Virus record (IMG/VR): IMGVR_UViG_3300034053_000029
Location: 146,172-210,171 of that record
Strand: one strand, 5' to 3'
DNA: 64,000 nt
DNA from: a virus
Lineage: Duplodnaviria > Caudoviricetes
The position numbers and the translations under genes were made by a program. Numbering within the stretch: the stretch's first letter is position 1; every line of letters starts with the position of its first letter. Under the pieces are notes generated by a model. That model was not told where the DNA came from. It saw only the letters and a list, made by a program, of their open reading frames with translations, and searched no databases. This document shows positions 27,068-36,499 of this stretch, in pieces.

Positions 27068-27411
27068 GGTGTTAATATCTCCGTTGCTCTTTCTTCGGTG
27101 AGGATTCCTGCAGTTACTAAGGATTGGATACCTGATACAGTACGAGAATCTGTAAGATTGACTTCAGTAGTCGCTTTGAATTTCTCTAGCCAGATTTCCA
27201 TTTGCACATTAGTTTTTGCTAGTGTATAGATTGCTGCGAGTTCTTCGTCAGTGAAGCGTTCCATGTATTGGAGCTTAGTGATTGGGAGGATTGGTTGTGG
27301 TGGAACTACCTCTTCTCCTTCGTACTCCCAATCATTAGGGAAATATTCTTCACAGAAATACTGATCTGCAACAATACGAGTATTTGTGCTAATAATTTTA
27401 TATATAGGCAT
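27064..27411 (-). CDS. Fibre assembly chaperone
   Basis: ITKLQYMERFT.EE.AAI...AK......W.......VNL.D.RT..G...LV..GILT.ERA.EIL motif of chaperones found after Gly-rich adhesins. Confidence 0.7.
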   Translation of the reverse strand: MPIYKIISTNTRIVADQYFCEEYFPNDWEYEGEEVVPPQPILPITKLQYMERFTDEELAAIYTLAKTNVQMEIWLEKFKATTEVNLTDSRTVSGIQSLVTAGILTEERATEILTP

Positions 27412-27420
27412 TTGTTATCC

Positions 27421-28380
27421 TTACCATTCAATTACTACGAAACCATCACCACCGGCACCGGAACTTCCACCACTATACCCATACCCTCCGCCCCCTCCGC
27501 CCCCCGCACCGCCTGCGCCTCCGTAGGACCACTGATTCTGTACGTTTACCCACCCAGCCCCTCCGCCCCCCGCACAAAATCCTCCACGACCTCCATAACC
27601 TGTTCCACCGTCTGTAGAAGTCCAAATTGACCCTCCACCACACCCCGGGTCTCCTGGATTTGCAGTGCCCTGTCCCGACGCAACAGCGCCGCCCGCACCT
27701 GTAAATATAAAAGGAGAATAATGTATATTAGAACCTATTGCTGTACCTGAGGCTGCTCTAGTACCACAACCGTTATCTGCCTGATACCCCGTTCCTACAG
27801 GATAAAAGTATACGCTAGAACCGCCATGCGTTAGAAATGTATTTGCGGGGCCTATAGCAGCGGATGGCGGGGTCCCCCACACTCCCCCAGCTGCACCTCC
27901 ACCCCCTACAGCAGCAGCGGCAGTATTTGTAAATGTTACTGCTGCACCTCCAGTAACATTTAAGTCCCCATTAAGCGCAGTACCTCCAGTACCCCCATTA
28001 CATTGAACTGAACTAGCAGAGCGCTGTCCGGCTCCCGCCCCTCCTCCCGTAATAGTATATCCCCCATACGTTACTGTGGTACTACCCCCGCCATTTCCAT
28101 TCCCTACTCCCGAGACTGCAGCACCACCAGCCCCTATAACTATAGTAAGTCTATCTCCTGGTACAGTATTGAAGGTTTTAATAGCACATCCCCCTCCTCC
28201 GCCTCCTGTAACTCTGCCGCCACTTGCAGGAGTAGAGTACCCTCCGCTCCCCCCTGCACCGGTAGCATGTACTCTAATCTTATATACATCTGGAGGGACT
28301 ATCCAGGTAGTTGATATAGGAATTAGTACTATATTACTATAGTTACCCAATTTCCCATTCTTATAATCAAAAGCACCCAT
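27421..28380 (-). CDS. Glycine-rich adhesin (polyglycine, gp38-like architecture)
   Basis: W.VPP.V.KIRV.A.GAGGSGG...GGGGGG.A.K...V.PG..L.I.IGAGG; many poly-Gly segments; ends GAGGDGFVVIEW. Confidence 0.8.
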   Translation of the reverse strand: MGAFDYKNGKLGNYSNIVLIPISTTWIVPPDVYKIRVHATGAGGSGGYSTPASGGRVTGGGGGGCAIKTFNTVPGDRLTIVIGAGGAAVSGVGNGNGGGSTTVTYGGYTITGGGAGAGQRSASSVQCNGGTGGTALNGDLNVTGGAAVTFTNTAAAAVGGGGAAGGVWGTPPSAAIGPANTFLTHGGSSVYFYPVGTGYQADNGCGTRAASGTAIGSNIHYSPFIFTGAGGAVASGQGTANPGDPGCGGGSIWTSTDGGTGYGGRGGFCAGGGGAGWVNVQNQWSYGGAGGAGGGGGGGYGYSGGSSGAGGDGFVVIEW

Positions 28381-28382
28381 GA

Positions 28383-28793
28383 TTAGTATGCTCCACCAAA
28401 TGCAGCAACATTAACCAGTTGACTAGCCACTGTACTTGTAGCATATAGCTTAAAGTTAGGACCAAATATTACACTATCATATGTTTTACTAGTAGTGAAA
28501 CCTGATGCGGTTGTACTAGGTGTTACTACTGTTACAACGAATTCATCAAATACATAAGCATCCGTTCCATCATATGCCCATATGATGACTACACCTGCTA
28601 GTGTGGTTCCATTTCCAATCAACGAGATTTTATCCAAACGGATTCCATTAGTATTGGTATTTGGAGTGATTAGAACGCCGTTAGTAGGAACAGCCGCTGC
28701 GGACTTCGATCTTGATGTATTTGCCGTAGCAGATACCGCATTAGTAATACCAAAAGGCGTCTGTGCAAAAATAGGTGTTGATGTTACTGGCAT
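28383..28793 (-). CDS. Small virion adaptor protein (cassette B)
   Basis: MP.T.TPIF.Q.P...G.R.DKI.....GTT.AG...IW.YDG.....DE...L..GG.Y pattern; lies between fibre base and adhesin. Confidence 0.6.
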   Translation of the reverse strand: MPVTSTPIFAQTPFGITNAVSATANTSRSKSAAAVPTNGVLITPNTNTNGIRLDKISLIGNGTTLAGVVIIWAYDGTDAYVFDEFVVTVVTPSTTASGFTTSKTYDSVIFGPNFKLYATSTVASQLVNVAAFGGAY

Positions 28794-29225
28794 TTAAAAT
28801 CCTCCGAAATTAGCAGCAAGATATAAGTTGCCACCTGTTGATACTGAATTTAAGTTTGTTGCTCCCGTACCGCCGTTAGCAATGGGTAGGATGAAACCTG
28901 CATTTAGTTTTGGCACAGTAACAGCACCATCCTGAATCGAAATTGTTTCAACCGTATTATCTGCAGGTTTATACAAAGCTCCCATTGCCAAACCAACTAC
29001 GGTAATATTTACCCCATTTGGTGGAGCAGAAGTAAATGTTAATGTAGTACCAGATATCGTGTAATCTGTGGTTGGTCTTTGTTGAACACCGGAGAGAAAT
29101 ACGATAACGGTATTAACGGTTCCTGGTGTCCATGTCAAAGTATGAGCAGTTGTTGTTCCATTACCAGTTGCAGTATAAATTGGAACATTCAAATACTTCG
29201 GTTGATTTCCTACATAGGTACTCAT
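28794..29225 (-). CDS. Fibre base protein (cassette B)
   Basis: MSTYVGNQP anchor; GNGTTT..TL...V.V.LSGVQQ.P.TDYTISGTTLTFTSAPP.G Ig-like module; LPIANGGTG. Confidence 0.75.
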   Translation of the reverse strand: MSTYVGNQPKYLNVPIYTATGNGTTTAHTLTWTPGTVNTVIVFLSGVQQRPTTDYTISGTTLTFTSAPPNGVNITVVGLAMGALYKPADNTVETISIQDGAVTVPKLNAGFILPIANGGTGATNLNSVSTGGNLYLAANFGGF

Positions 29226-29581
29226 AGTGATTTAGCCAATTCAAAAAGGTTGGTTAATTGCTCTTCTGATATATTTAATGCAGTTGCCCTCTCGATAACT
29301 TGTGGATGATTTGATTCAATTTGAGTGGAGAACTCCCACCAGTCTTTAAGGTCTTGATCACCAGAAGATACTGCAGATTCGACTTGAGAACGTAGATTTG
29401 AGGCTGTTAGAGCTTGGCGAATCTGTCTTGGCGAAACGATGATTGGTTGCGGCGGAATTGGATCGGCGGGTTCGATGGTGATGTCATCAGGGAATGCAGA
29501 GCGCAGACCTGAAATACGACATATACCATCTTCATCGAACTGTTGAACCATACCATCAGCAGCGTATTTGTAAGTCTTCAT
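29222..29581 (-). CDS. Fibre assembly chaperone (cassette A)
   Basis: VSPRQIRQAL....L..QV..AV.......K.WWEFS.....NHP.V motif; start reassigned to 29581 (ATGA overlap). Confidence 0.7.
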   Translation of the reverse strand: MKTYKYAADGMVQQFDEDGICRISGLRSAFPDDITIEPADPIPPQPIIVSPRQIRQALTASNLRSQVESAVSSGDQDLKDWWEFSTQIESNHPQVIERATALNISEEQLTNLFELAKSL

Positions 29582-31290
29582 AGTTCTGCGCTCCATCCGA
29601 GATACGCTGCATTGCCGTTAGTTGCGTCAGTTCGTATTTGACAAGCATGACCAGGGGTAAGAACTGACGCAAAATTAAATGTGGTGGACGCAAAATGTTG
29701 AGTAGCAACATTGAATCCAGGGATGGCATTACAAACCACCGTAGAACCTGCTACTACAGCAGCATAATGACTCCCACTACCAGATTGTTCTAAAGCACTT
29801 GGTGGAATTCGCATCGGCACAGGGAAATGTGTACCACCAAAAGCGGTCGATGAAGTCCAAACCATACCATTAGCAATACCAACTCCATTATTTCCAGGAG
29901 CAATTCGATAGTAATACCTCTGACACAGAGCCAACTCCACACCATAAGGACGGCGCTCAAACGGTGTTGCCACTGTCCCGGATTCTACTTGCACATCTTC
30001 AAGGGTAAAACTATCATCTGCACCGGCAGTTCCACTTGGCGTATATCCGAATCGCAAACCCAATTCATTAACTGCACTTGATAACGGGACAAAAGAAGTG
30101 AACGTAAATTTGGTTAGTGTAGTTGTGGTGTTTGGTATATTTACCGACCCAACTGTGGCAAATCCGGTATATGCTCCACCAATAATACCAGTCGCAGCCT
30201 CTTGATCTATTCCTGTGCCTGAAACCAAAACTGCTTGTAAGATCGTGCCTGAAAAGTTTGCTCCAACTTTAACCCAAAACGAAACGGTTACATATTCATC
30301 GTGCATACCCCATACGTTTTTAGATTCAATTGCTTGGCAAATGTATGCACCCAAACCAACAGTAGCATCACCGGCGTTTCTTTGATACTTTAATGCGTAC
30401 TTCTTTCTCGACCCAGCAACGACACTCACTGTATTGTTTGCTGAACTATAACGATATGCAAACCACCTATCTGCGGTATATACTTTAGTATCTGCTGCCA
30501 CGGCAATTGATGAACCACGTTGCCAAGGATTGGTTGCGAAGTCGCCACCAATGATTTTGTTCCTAAAATTGAACGATCCTGCGGCTTGCAAATATGGATT
30601 AGAATCTGAACCAATACTAGATGAAGAATTAGGTATTCCGCATAATAGTTTCTCTATAGAAGACGGTCTGGTTTCAAATGGGGTTGCTGCTTGTCCGGCT
30701 TCTAATTGAACTAGCGCAAGATCAATAATTCTAGCTGCAGGAATAGATGTCAATCCGCCAAAAGTAAGACTAAGGTGATCATCCCCTCCAGAAACTGTTT
30801 TACCAGAGATTGAAGGAACAGAAAACGTAACGGTGAATAACTGCCAAGATGTATTCAAGTTTACCGTTGTGTCTCCTATGTTGTATACTGCTGTTGATCC
30901 AGTTGATCCATAGTATTGATTAAGTGACACTGAAAATGTTGTTGCTGAATCTGATTTAGCATAAAATGATACAGTAGCAGTACTACCAGAAAGAGTTGAT
31001 ACTTGTGCAATTCTTTGCGATATCGATTTGGATGCAGCACCTGAACCTATAGTTAAATAGTACGTTGGATTATACGGAACACTCGTTTGTCCAACGGTAA
31101 AAGCATTTCTTGAGACTGTGAATGCTGAAACAGAGTAACCGTACCACATATCGGCAGTATAAGTTCCTGAAGTGCTAGAAATGCTCGTTCCACGTTGCCA
31201 GATATCGAACGTACCATTAATAATTTTATTTCTAAAACCAAGAGTTCCACCTTCTACTGATAATAACCCATTATTGACTGTCTGAGTCAT
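29578..31290 (-). CDS. Receptor-binding protein with tandem CBM-like domains (cassette A)
   Basis: Two FRNKII.G.F..WQRG domains, each ending in Q(L/V)E.G..ATPFE.RP; ELALCQRYY...SAEL terminus. Confidence 0.75.
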   Translation of the reverse strand: MTQTVNNGLLSVEGGTLGFRNKIINGTFDIWQRGTSISSTSGTYTADMWYGYSVSAFTVSRNAFTVGQTSVPYNPTYYLTIGSGAASKSISQRIAQVSTLSGSTATVSFYAKSDSATTFSVSLNQYYGSTGSTAVYNIGDTTVNLNTSWQLFTVTFSVPSISGKTVSGGDDHLSLTFGGLTSIPAARIIDLALVQLEAGQAATPFETRPSSIEKLLCGIPNSSSSIGSDSNPYLQAAGSFNFRNKIIGGDFATNPWQRGSSIAVAADTKVYTADRWFAYRYSSANNTVSVVAGSRKKYALKYQRNAGDATVGLGAYICQAIESKNVWGMHDEYVTVSFWVKVGANFSGTILQAVLVSGTGIDQEAATGIIGGAYTGFATVGSVNIPNTTTTLTKFTFTSFVPLSSAVNELGLRFGYTPSGTAGADDSFTLEDVQVESGTVATPFERRPYGVELALCQRYYYRIAPGNNGVGIANGMVWTSSTAFGGTHFPVPMRIPPSALEQSGSGSHYAAVVAGSTVVCNAIPGFNVATQHFASTTFNFASVLTPGHACQIRTDATNGNAAYLGWSAEL

Positions 31291-31291
31291 A

Positions 31292-31633
31292 TTATGCTGC
31301 CTCTAACACGCTAAGAACACAATCAGCACTTGATGCAATACTAGAAACAACATTCACCACATCACCACTCTTGATAACAACTTTATCGGCATCACCAGAA
31401 ATAACCACAATACTACCACCAACAGGAACGTCTGCTCCCATCGTACCATTTGTTGGACCACCCACCAAATAAACATCACCAGTTCCACCTATAGTCACAT
31501 ATGCAGAAACCTTAATTAAGTTTGCGGTTCTATTTGTAATTCTCATACCGATAATTACGTCGGTCGAAGTTGCAGTCCTAATTCCAGATGCACTCGTACC
31601 TATATTAATTGCAGCATATCTATTAAAAGCCAT
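31292..31633 (-). CDS. Small virion adaptor protein (cassette A)
   Basis: VIIG..I.N.T...I.V...V......L.....VP.GGS...I....K.V...GD.V.V.SS...S.D..LSVLE, the family that follows AMAIALG-ending fibres in T4-like phages. Confidence 0.7.
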   Translation of the reverse strand: MAFNRYAAINIGTSASGIRTATSTDVIIGMRITNRTANLIKVSAYVTIGGTGDVYLVGGPTNGTMGADVPVGGSIVVISGDADKVVIKSGDVVNVVSSIASSADCVLSVLEAA

Positions 31634-31653
31634 TTAAATTATCCTCTGTTTTA

Positions 31654-32637
31654 TCAACCTAAAGCAATTGCCATCGCAGTTGCATAATCATTTGTTGCTA
31701 ACGTTCCTGCCAATGGTGGCAACGTAATATTTCCATTAACACCTTGAATCAACGTAGTTTGTCCCACTTTAGTTTTACCTGTTGGAAGTTGAACCGCAGT
31801 TGCACTCGTGGAACCAATCGTAATCGTTCCTGTAGTAGCACCACCAAGTGTTATCGCTTGACTTCCCGTTGCAGGGAATAATGAAACTGCTCCGGTTGAT
31901 CCTGTTGCCCCAACCGTAAATGTGCCTGAAGTTAATCCAGTTGCAACCGTAATATTTGTTGTAGTATTTCCTGCAAATAATGATGCTGCTACGTTACCTG
32001 CAGTAATATCACCACCAGATACCGTCAAGTCTCCACCAATGGCAACGTTACCTGTTGATGGATTAATGTTGAAACTTGAATTAGTTGCCGTAGCTACCGA
32101 TACACCTTGAGTTGTTGCAAATACAGGGTAGTAAGTTGCAGAGGTCGTATTATTGGAACCACCAATGGTTACTCTTGCACCATTAATCGTGGTTGTTCCT
32201 TGATTCAATATGGTAATAGCATTATCTGGAGTGACTTCTTCGGTGTCTCCTGCAGCAGCACTAATTCTACCTAGAATACGATATTGGGCAGAGATGTTTT
32301 GCATCTTTGCATAGGTAACGGCATCATCCGTAATACCTGCAGTGACTATCGTACCCCATGTTGGAGCAGCACCATTAGTTCCTGTACCAGTTTGAGTTAA
32401 GTATTTTGGAGTAGTAGTTGTATTTGGAGCCAACATCGTTGTAACGTCAGCACCAGATTGATATGGGATAGAACCTAGTAAGGTAGTAGAGTTGCCGCCT
32501 TCCAAATTGGGCACGGAAAATGAATCAGCATCTTGAAATGCAAGTGATCCTACGTCGGCAGCAGTTAAAACTTCTGTTGGGCCTGAACCCGTAATAATCT
32601 TGTTTCCAAGACTAATACCTTCTTTTACCTTAAACAT
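31654..32637 (-). CDS. Fibre base/shaft protein (cassette A)
   Basis: F.VK.G N-terminus; GSIPYQSG...T.L, ITDDAVT.AKMQN, TYYPVF shaft motifs; ends AMAIALG. Confidence 0.75.
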   Translation of the reverse strand: MFKVKEGISLGNKIITGSGPTEVLTAADVGSLAFQDADSFSVPNLEGGNSTTLLGSIPYQSGADVTTMLAPNTTTTPKYLTQTGTGTNGAAPTWGTIVTAGITDDAVTYAKMQNISAQYRILGRISAAAGDTEEVTPDNAITILNQGTTTINGARVTIGGSNNTTSATYYPVFATTQGVSVATATNSSFNINPSTGNVAIGGDLTVSGGDITAGNVAASLFAGNTTTNITVATGLTSGTFTVGATGSTGAVSLFPATGSQAITLGGATTGTITIGSTSATAVQLPTGKTKVGQTTLIQGVNGNITLPPLAGTLATNDYATAMAIALG

Positions 32638-32674
32638 GTCGTCCCTTTATTCAATCAGAAATGTTTGTATTCAT

Positions 32675-32682
32675 TATTTATA
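32675..32682 (-). promoter_or_regulatory. T4-type late promoter (TATAAATA, perfect)
   Basis: Intergenic, upstream of the ATG at 32637. Confidence 0.75.
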
Positions 32683-32686
32683 CAAA

Positions 32687-35600
32687 CTAACTTGTGACTC
32701 TTGTAATATCTCGTAGTTGATCTTCGGATAGCTTATCTGCATAATAGATGAACTTTGAAACGTGCCCATTTGTTTGCGCTCCACCTGAAAGATTACCAAT
32801 TCCCAATTGATTCATTGTTGGAAACCCTTCTAATGTAGAATCTATACTTCCCTTGGTTCCATCTGCAGCACCAAGAAGTGTCGTTTGATCGTATGAACAT
32901 GCAATAGTATTAAATGATCCAGAAGTTGTAGTTACGCCAGTAGTGTATCCTCTAGACAAACTATTATCCCATACACTCCAATATGAGTTATTTCCTGCAG
33001 TAGCGCATAAGCATTGGATACATTCGGTTTGACCAGTACCATCGTTTATTGCTATTAATCTAGGGAAAGCAGATACTGATGAGTTGTATACTACATTACC
33101 TCTTACGATTATTGATCCTTCATTCTTGTTGAACCATGAAGTGAAATTCGTACCTGTCATGGTGGCAACGTCTGCTGCTCTTGTCGTTGATCCTGTAGCT
33201 AAATTTGGAATATATGACGTTGGGAATGCACCTGCTTCTAATTGTGCACCCCAAACATAAAAACTTGTTGTTGTGTCGAAGTTATTAAATTGAGTTGTTC
33301 CTGTAGATTGAATAGATAATGCCCATCTACCTAAAGTGGAAACCGTTCCTGCAGTACCAGTAATAGTTATTCTATACCAACCATTACCAACTGAAGTTAT
33401 TGATGATGTCGCATTTGCCCCTGTACCATATGTTACTGCTGCTCGACTAATTGTTCCGTTCAATAAATCAAATGTAGTCGTTACGCCATTGGTTGTTGCA
33501 TTATCATCAAATGTAAATGAAACATATCTAGCATCATTTTGTTTGATGTAACATGACGCAGTATATGTAGTTCCTGCAGTAATTGATATTGCACTAGTTG
33601 GAGCAATAATCTTTAGTGTCGCACCGGAAACACCGGTAATCGTTTCTGATGTTGTGTTTCCTGCCGGAGTAACTATTGAATTAGCTAATGCTGTCACATT
33701 AGCTTTAGTCCAATTTGCATGAGTAAAATCTTCACTATATGTTATGTAGTTAGTCCTACTCTCTTCCACCAACAACCCAAGATTCTTCAACGTGACGGGA
33801 TCATAATCAAATCTTGCCACGTTTGCAGCAGCAGTTCTCATGACACCTAGCTTATCGAAATATGTTGCACAAGTAGTTGCATCAGCACGAGTGAATGTGA
33901 TGCCTCTTGGTATCTCACTCATACGATCAAAATGGAATGCCAACGTTGGAGTGTTTCTAGTTTGAATCGAATCAGAAACCATCTCTTGAAGTTTTGACGT
34001 TGGCACTTGTTCACCATAAATCATAACTTTATCGATATAACCGTGCCAAGGAGAACCACCAGATACATAGGCACCAATTCTCAAAATAGAACAACTTGGT
34101 AAAGTTTTACCAGAGACAGAAACGGGAACTCTATTATCTAAAACTGTGGTTACGATTCCATTACCAACAGTTAGTCCATGATTGAATCTGGTTCCTCGAA
34201 CGATAGACTCATTATTCGGATGACTATTAAATTGTGAAACACTATTATCAAATATTTCCGTATACAATCTTGGAAAATTCTGATCATATGTTAAATGGAT
34301 ACGTTCTGCTGCAGAATCATTAGATAGCGAATAAATTGTTGGATATGCAGTACCACTAGTTTGTCCCAAATATGTTCCTGAACAAAGTACGGTATATTCT
34401 GCAGATGATGATGTGTTAAACCAATTTGTGAATGTCGTTCCTGACACGATACAATTTTCTGCTTGTCTTGTTACTGCTGTGGTTGTTGTTGGGATATATG
34501 ATGTTATAACACTCCCAATTTCAAGTTGCATACACCTATATTGAAATCCAGAAGAACCATCTGCAGTATATGTGGCAGTATTTGCTTCGTTATAGCACTG
34601 AATATAAAATCTATTTTTTGTTCTTAGTAATGCTTGTTGAGTATATCGAACTATCCAAGTAACATACCACATACCACAAGGCATTAGTGTTGCCGATGGT
34701 GCTTGAATTTCCGTCCATCCACCAGAATATGCTTTAAGCGAAAATGTTCCAGCAGATGCATCAAATAATACTAAGGCATATAATATATTTCCATTTCCTG
34801 CATCAACTGCATCAATTACAATATATGGTTTGTAGTTTAATGGACCAAAATTCTTAAAATATCCAGAGAATGCGAAATCAGTAGTACCACCGGCAGAAGT
34901 TCCGTTTGCAAATTGTTCTCCACCGTTACCTCTAGTTGGGAACGAAACTGCACCTGCAGTTGGTACAAATTTATATGCTAAATTACCATCAGGTCCAATA
35001 GCAGTTCCAGTGCTAACAGTACCTAAAGATGCGCTAGTTGCTGTATTGAAAATACCATTAGTCCTACTAGGTTCCATCAACAAACCTTTACATTCCAACG
35101 TTGCGGGATCATAATCGATTCGAGGTTGATCATTGGTTGCGGTTCTCAGTACTCCGGTTTTATCGAAGTACGTTGCAACAGCATCATTTCTTGTGAATTG
35201 AATATTTGGTTGGTATATGTCACCCTTACCAAAGTTAAACTCTTGAGATTCCTTTGGATAATATTCAAGTTGATTAAGAGAAAGTGATCTTAGTTGATTA
35301 TTCGTTAATCGTTTTGGGTAGTACCTTATTGAATTAATACATCCATTCCAAATTTGATCACCATCACCAATTTCCAATCTATCCATTGTTGGTAATGATG
35401 TTGCATTAGAACTTGTTGTGATCGAACTGCCATCAAATATTGAAGCATGATCAGAAACTTTATAACCAGTTGCTGAAGTAAAATTTGTATTAGCTACAGA
35501 GGTCATTGTCGCACTATACAAAGAAACGTTTGCAACTTTAACCGTCGAAGTGATAGTCATCGAACTAGGATTATTGTATATTAATATTGAATTTGTTGTA

Positions 35601-36499
35601 CTAGCAGAGTTTGATATGTTCAATGCAGCAGGGTATGTTGTTGCGGCAGCAGGGTATGGTCTTTGTGCAGTAATAACAACCGATCCTTCACTCTGGTTAT
35701 ACCATGAAGTGAAATTAGTTCCTGTCATGGTGGCAGAATCTGCTTGTCTTACCGTAGTTCCTGATCCTAAATTTGGAATGTATGAAGTAGGAAATGCTCC
35801 AACTTCAACTTGAGCGCCCCAAACGTAAACCGTACCAGTTCCTGTACCACCAAGACCCCAATCTTCTAATTGCACTCTTGGATCAAATCTTGTTGCTCCA
35901 ACTTGAGTATTTTGAACGGTAATTGATACCCTAAACCACCCATTTCCAACGTTGGTGATTGTATGTGATCCAGTGCTACCAGCTAACATCGTACCAACAC
36001 CAGCCGTACTAATTTTAACACCATATGACAACCAGGCAGAACCATTATAATACCCACCCCAAATAACAGGTAGTGGGGCCGTACCATGTTTCAAGAAAAC
36101 TGAAAATGTTCTGTAAAGATTATCTGCACTTGTCACGCCAGAAGTTACTGATAGTGCCGAATAACCTTCTGCTGCAGCATTTGTGTCAGTTAATCTATCT
36201 GCATTATTTGATCCATCTGGAGCAACTGTATCAGCAGTATTTGTCGCAACAGTTATGTTTGAGTTTCCCCAAAGACTAAAATCTTCACTGTAAACTGCTA
36301 AATTGGTTCTCGACTCTTCCACCAACAAACCCAAAGAAACCTTCGACACAGGATCATGATCGAATCGAGGAATGTTTGCAGCAGCAGTCTTTAATATGCC
36401 ATTACGATCAAAATAAGTACCCACACTATTTCTAGTGAAGGTAACTCGTTTATCTAATTTCTTTGTTTCAGCAAAATTCAGATTCAATGATGGAAGCAT
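32687..36499 (-). CDS. Head-spike/fibre-type protein with three tandem lectin-like repeats
   Basis: Three units starting TFTR....TYFD..G.L.TA....(P/A)R.D.DP......GLL(V/M)E..RTN and containing Q(L/V)E.G...TSYIP....T.R.A. Confidence 0.75.
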   Translation of the reverse strand: MLPSLNLNFAETKKLDKRVTFTRNSVGTYFDRNGILKTAAANIPRFDHDPVSKVSLGLLVEESRTNLAVYSEDFSLWGNSNITVATNTADTVAPDGSNNADRLTDTNAAAEGYSALSVTSGVTSADNLYRTFSVFLKHGTAPLPVIWGGYYNGSAWLSYGVKISTAGVGTMLAGSTGSHTITNVGNGWFRVSITVQNTQVGATRFDPRVQLEDWGLGGTGTGTVYVWGAQVEVGAFPTSYIPNLGSGTTVRQADSATMTGTNFTSWYNQSEGSVVITAQRPYPAAATTYPAALNISNSASTTNSILIYNNPSSMTITSTVKVANVSLYSATMTSVANTNFTSATGYKVSDHASIFDGSSITTSSNATSLPTMDRLEIGDGDQIWNGCINSIRYYPKRLTNNQLRSLSLNQLEYYPKESQEFNFGKGDIYQPNIQFTRNDAVATYFDKTGVLRTATNDQPRIDYDPATLECKGLLMEPSRTNGIFNTATSASLGTVSTGTAIGPDGNLAYKFVPTAGAVSFPTRGNGGEQFANGTSAGGTTDFAFSGYFKNFGPLNYKPYIVIDAVDAGNGNILYALVLFDASAGTFSLKAYSGGWTEIQAPSATLMPCGMWYVTWIVRYTQQALLRTKNRFYIQCYNEANTATYTADGSSGFQYRCMQLEIGSVITSYIPTTTTAVTRQAENCIVSGTTFTNWFNTSSSAEYTVLCSGTYLGQTSGTAYPTIYSLSNDSAAERIHLTYDQNFPRLYTEIFDNSVSQFNSHPNNESIVRGTRFNHGLTVGNGIVTTVLDNRVPVSVSGKTLPSCSILRIGAYVSGGSPWHGYIDKVMIYGEQVPTSKLQEMVSDSIQTRNTPTLAFHFDRMSEIPRGITFTRADATTCATYFDKLGVMRTAAANVARFDYDPVTLKNLGLLVEESRTNYITYSEDFTHANWTKANVTALANSIVTPAGNTTSETITGVSGATLKIIAPTSAISITAGTTYTASCYIKQNDARYVSFTFDDNATTNGVTTTFDLLNGTISRAAVTYGTGANATSSITSVGNGWYRITITGTAGTVSTLGRWALSIQSTGTTQFNNFDTTTSFYVWGAQLEAGAFPTSYIPNLATGSTTRAADVATMTGTNFTSWFNKNEGSIIVRGNVVYNSSVSAFPRLIAINDGTGQTECIQCLCATAGNNSYWSVWDNSLSRGYTTGVTTTSGSFNTIACSYDQTTLLGAADGTKGSIDSTLEGFPTMNQLGIGNLSGGAQTNGHVSKFIYYADKLSEDQLRDITRVTS

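Noticed and set aside
29222-29581. MKTYKY start as another capsid-targeting sequence
   Set aside because: It lacks the [ED][FY][IL]xE half of the motif, is not His-rich, and the body matches a fibre chaperone.
18975-29596. Longer ORF-track starts at 19067, 20796, 25973, 26543 and 29596
   Set aside because: Each overlaps the upstream gene extensively; internal starts (18974, 20769 TTG, 25913, 26528, 29581) give stop/start coupling or a promoter and match family N-termini.
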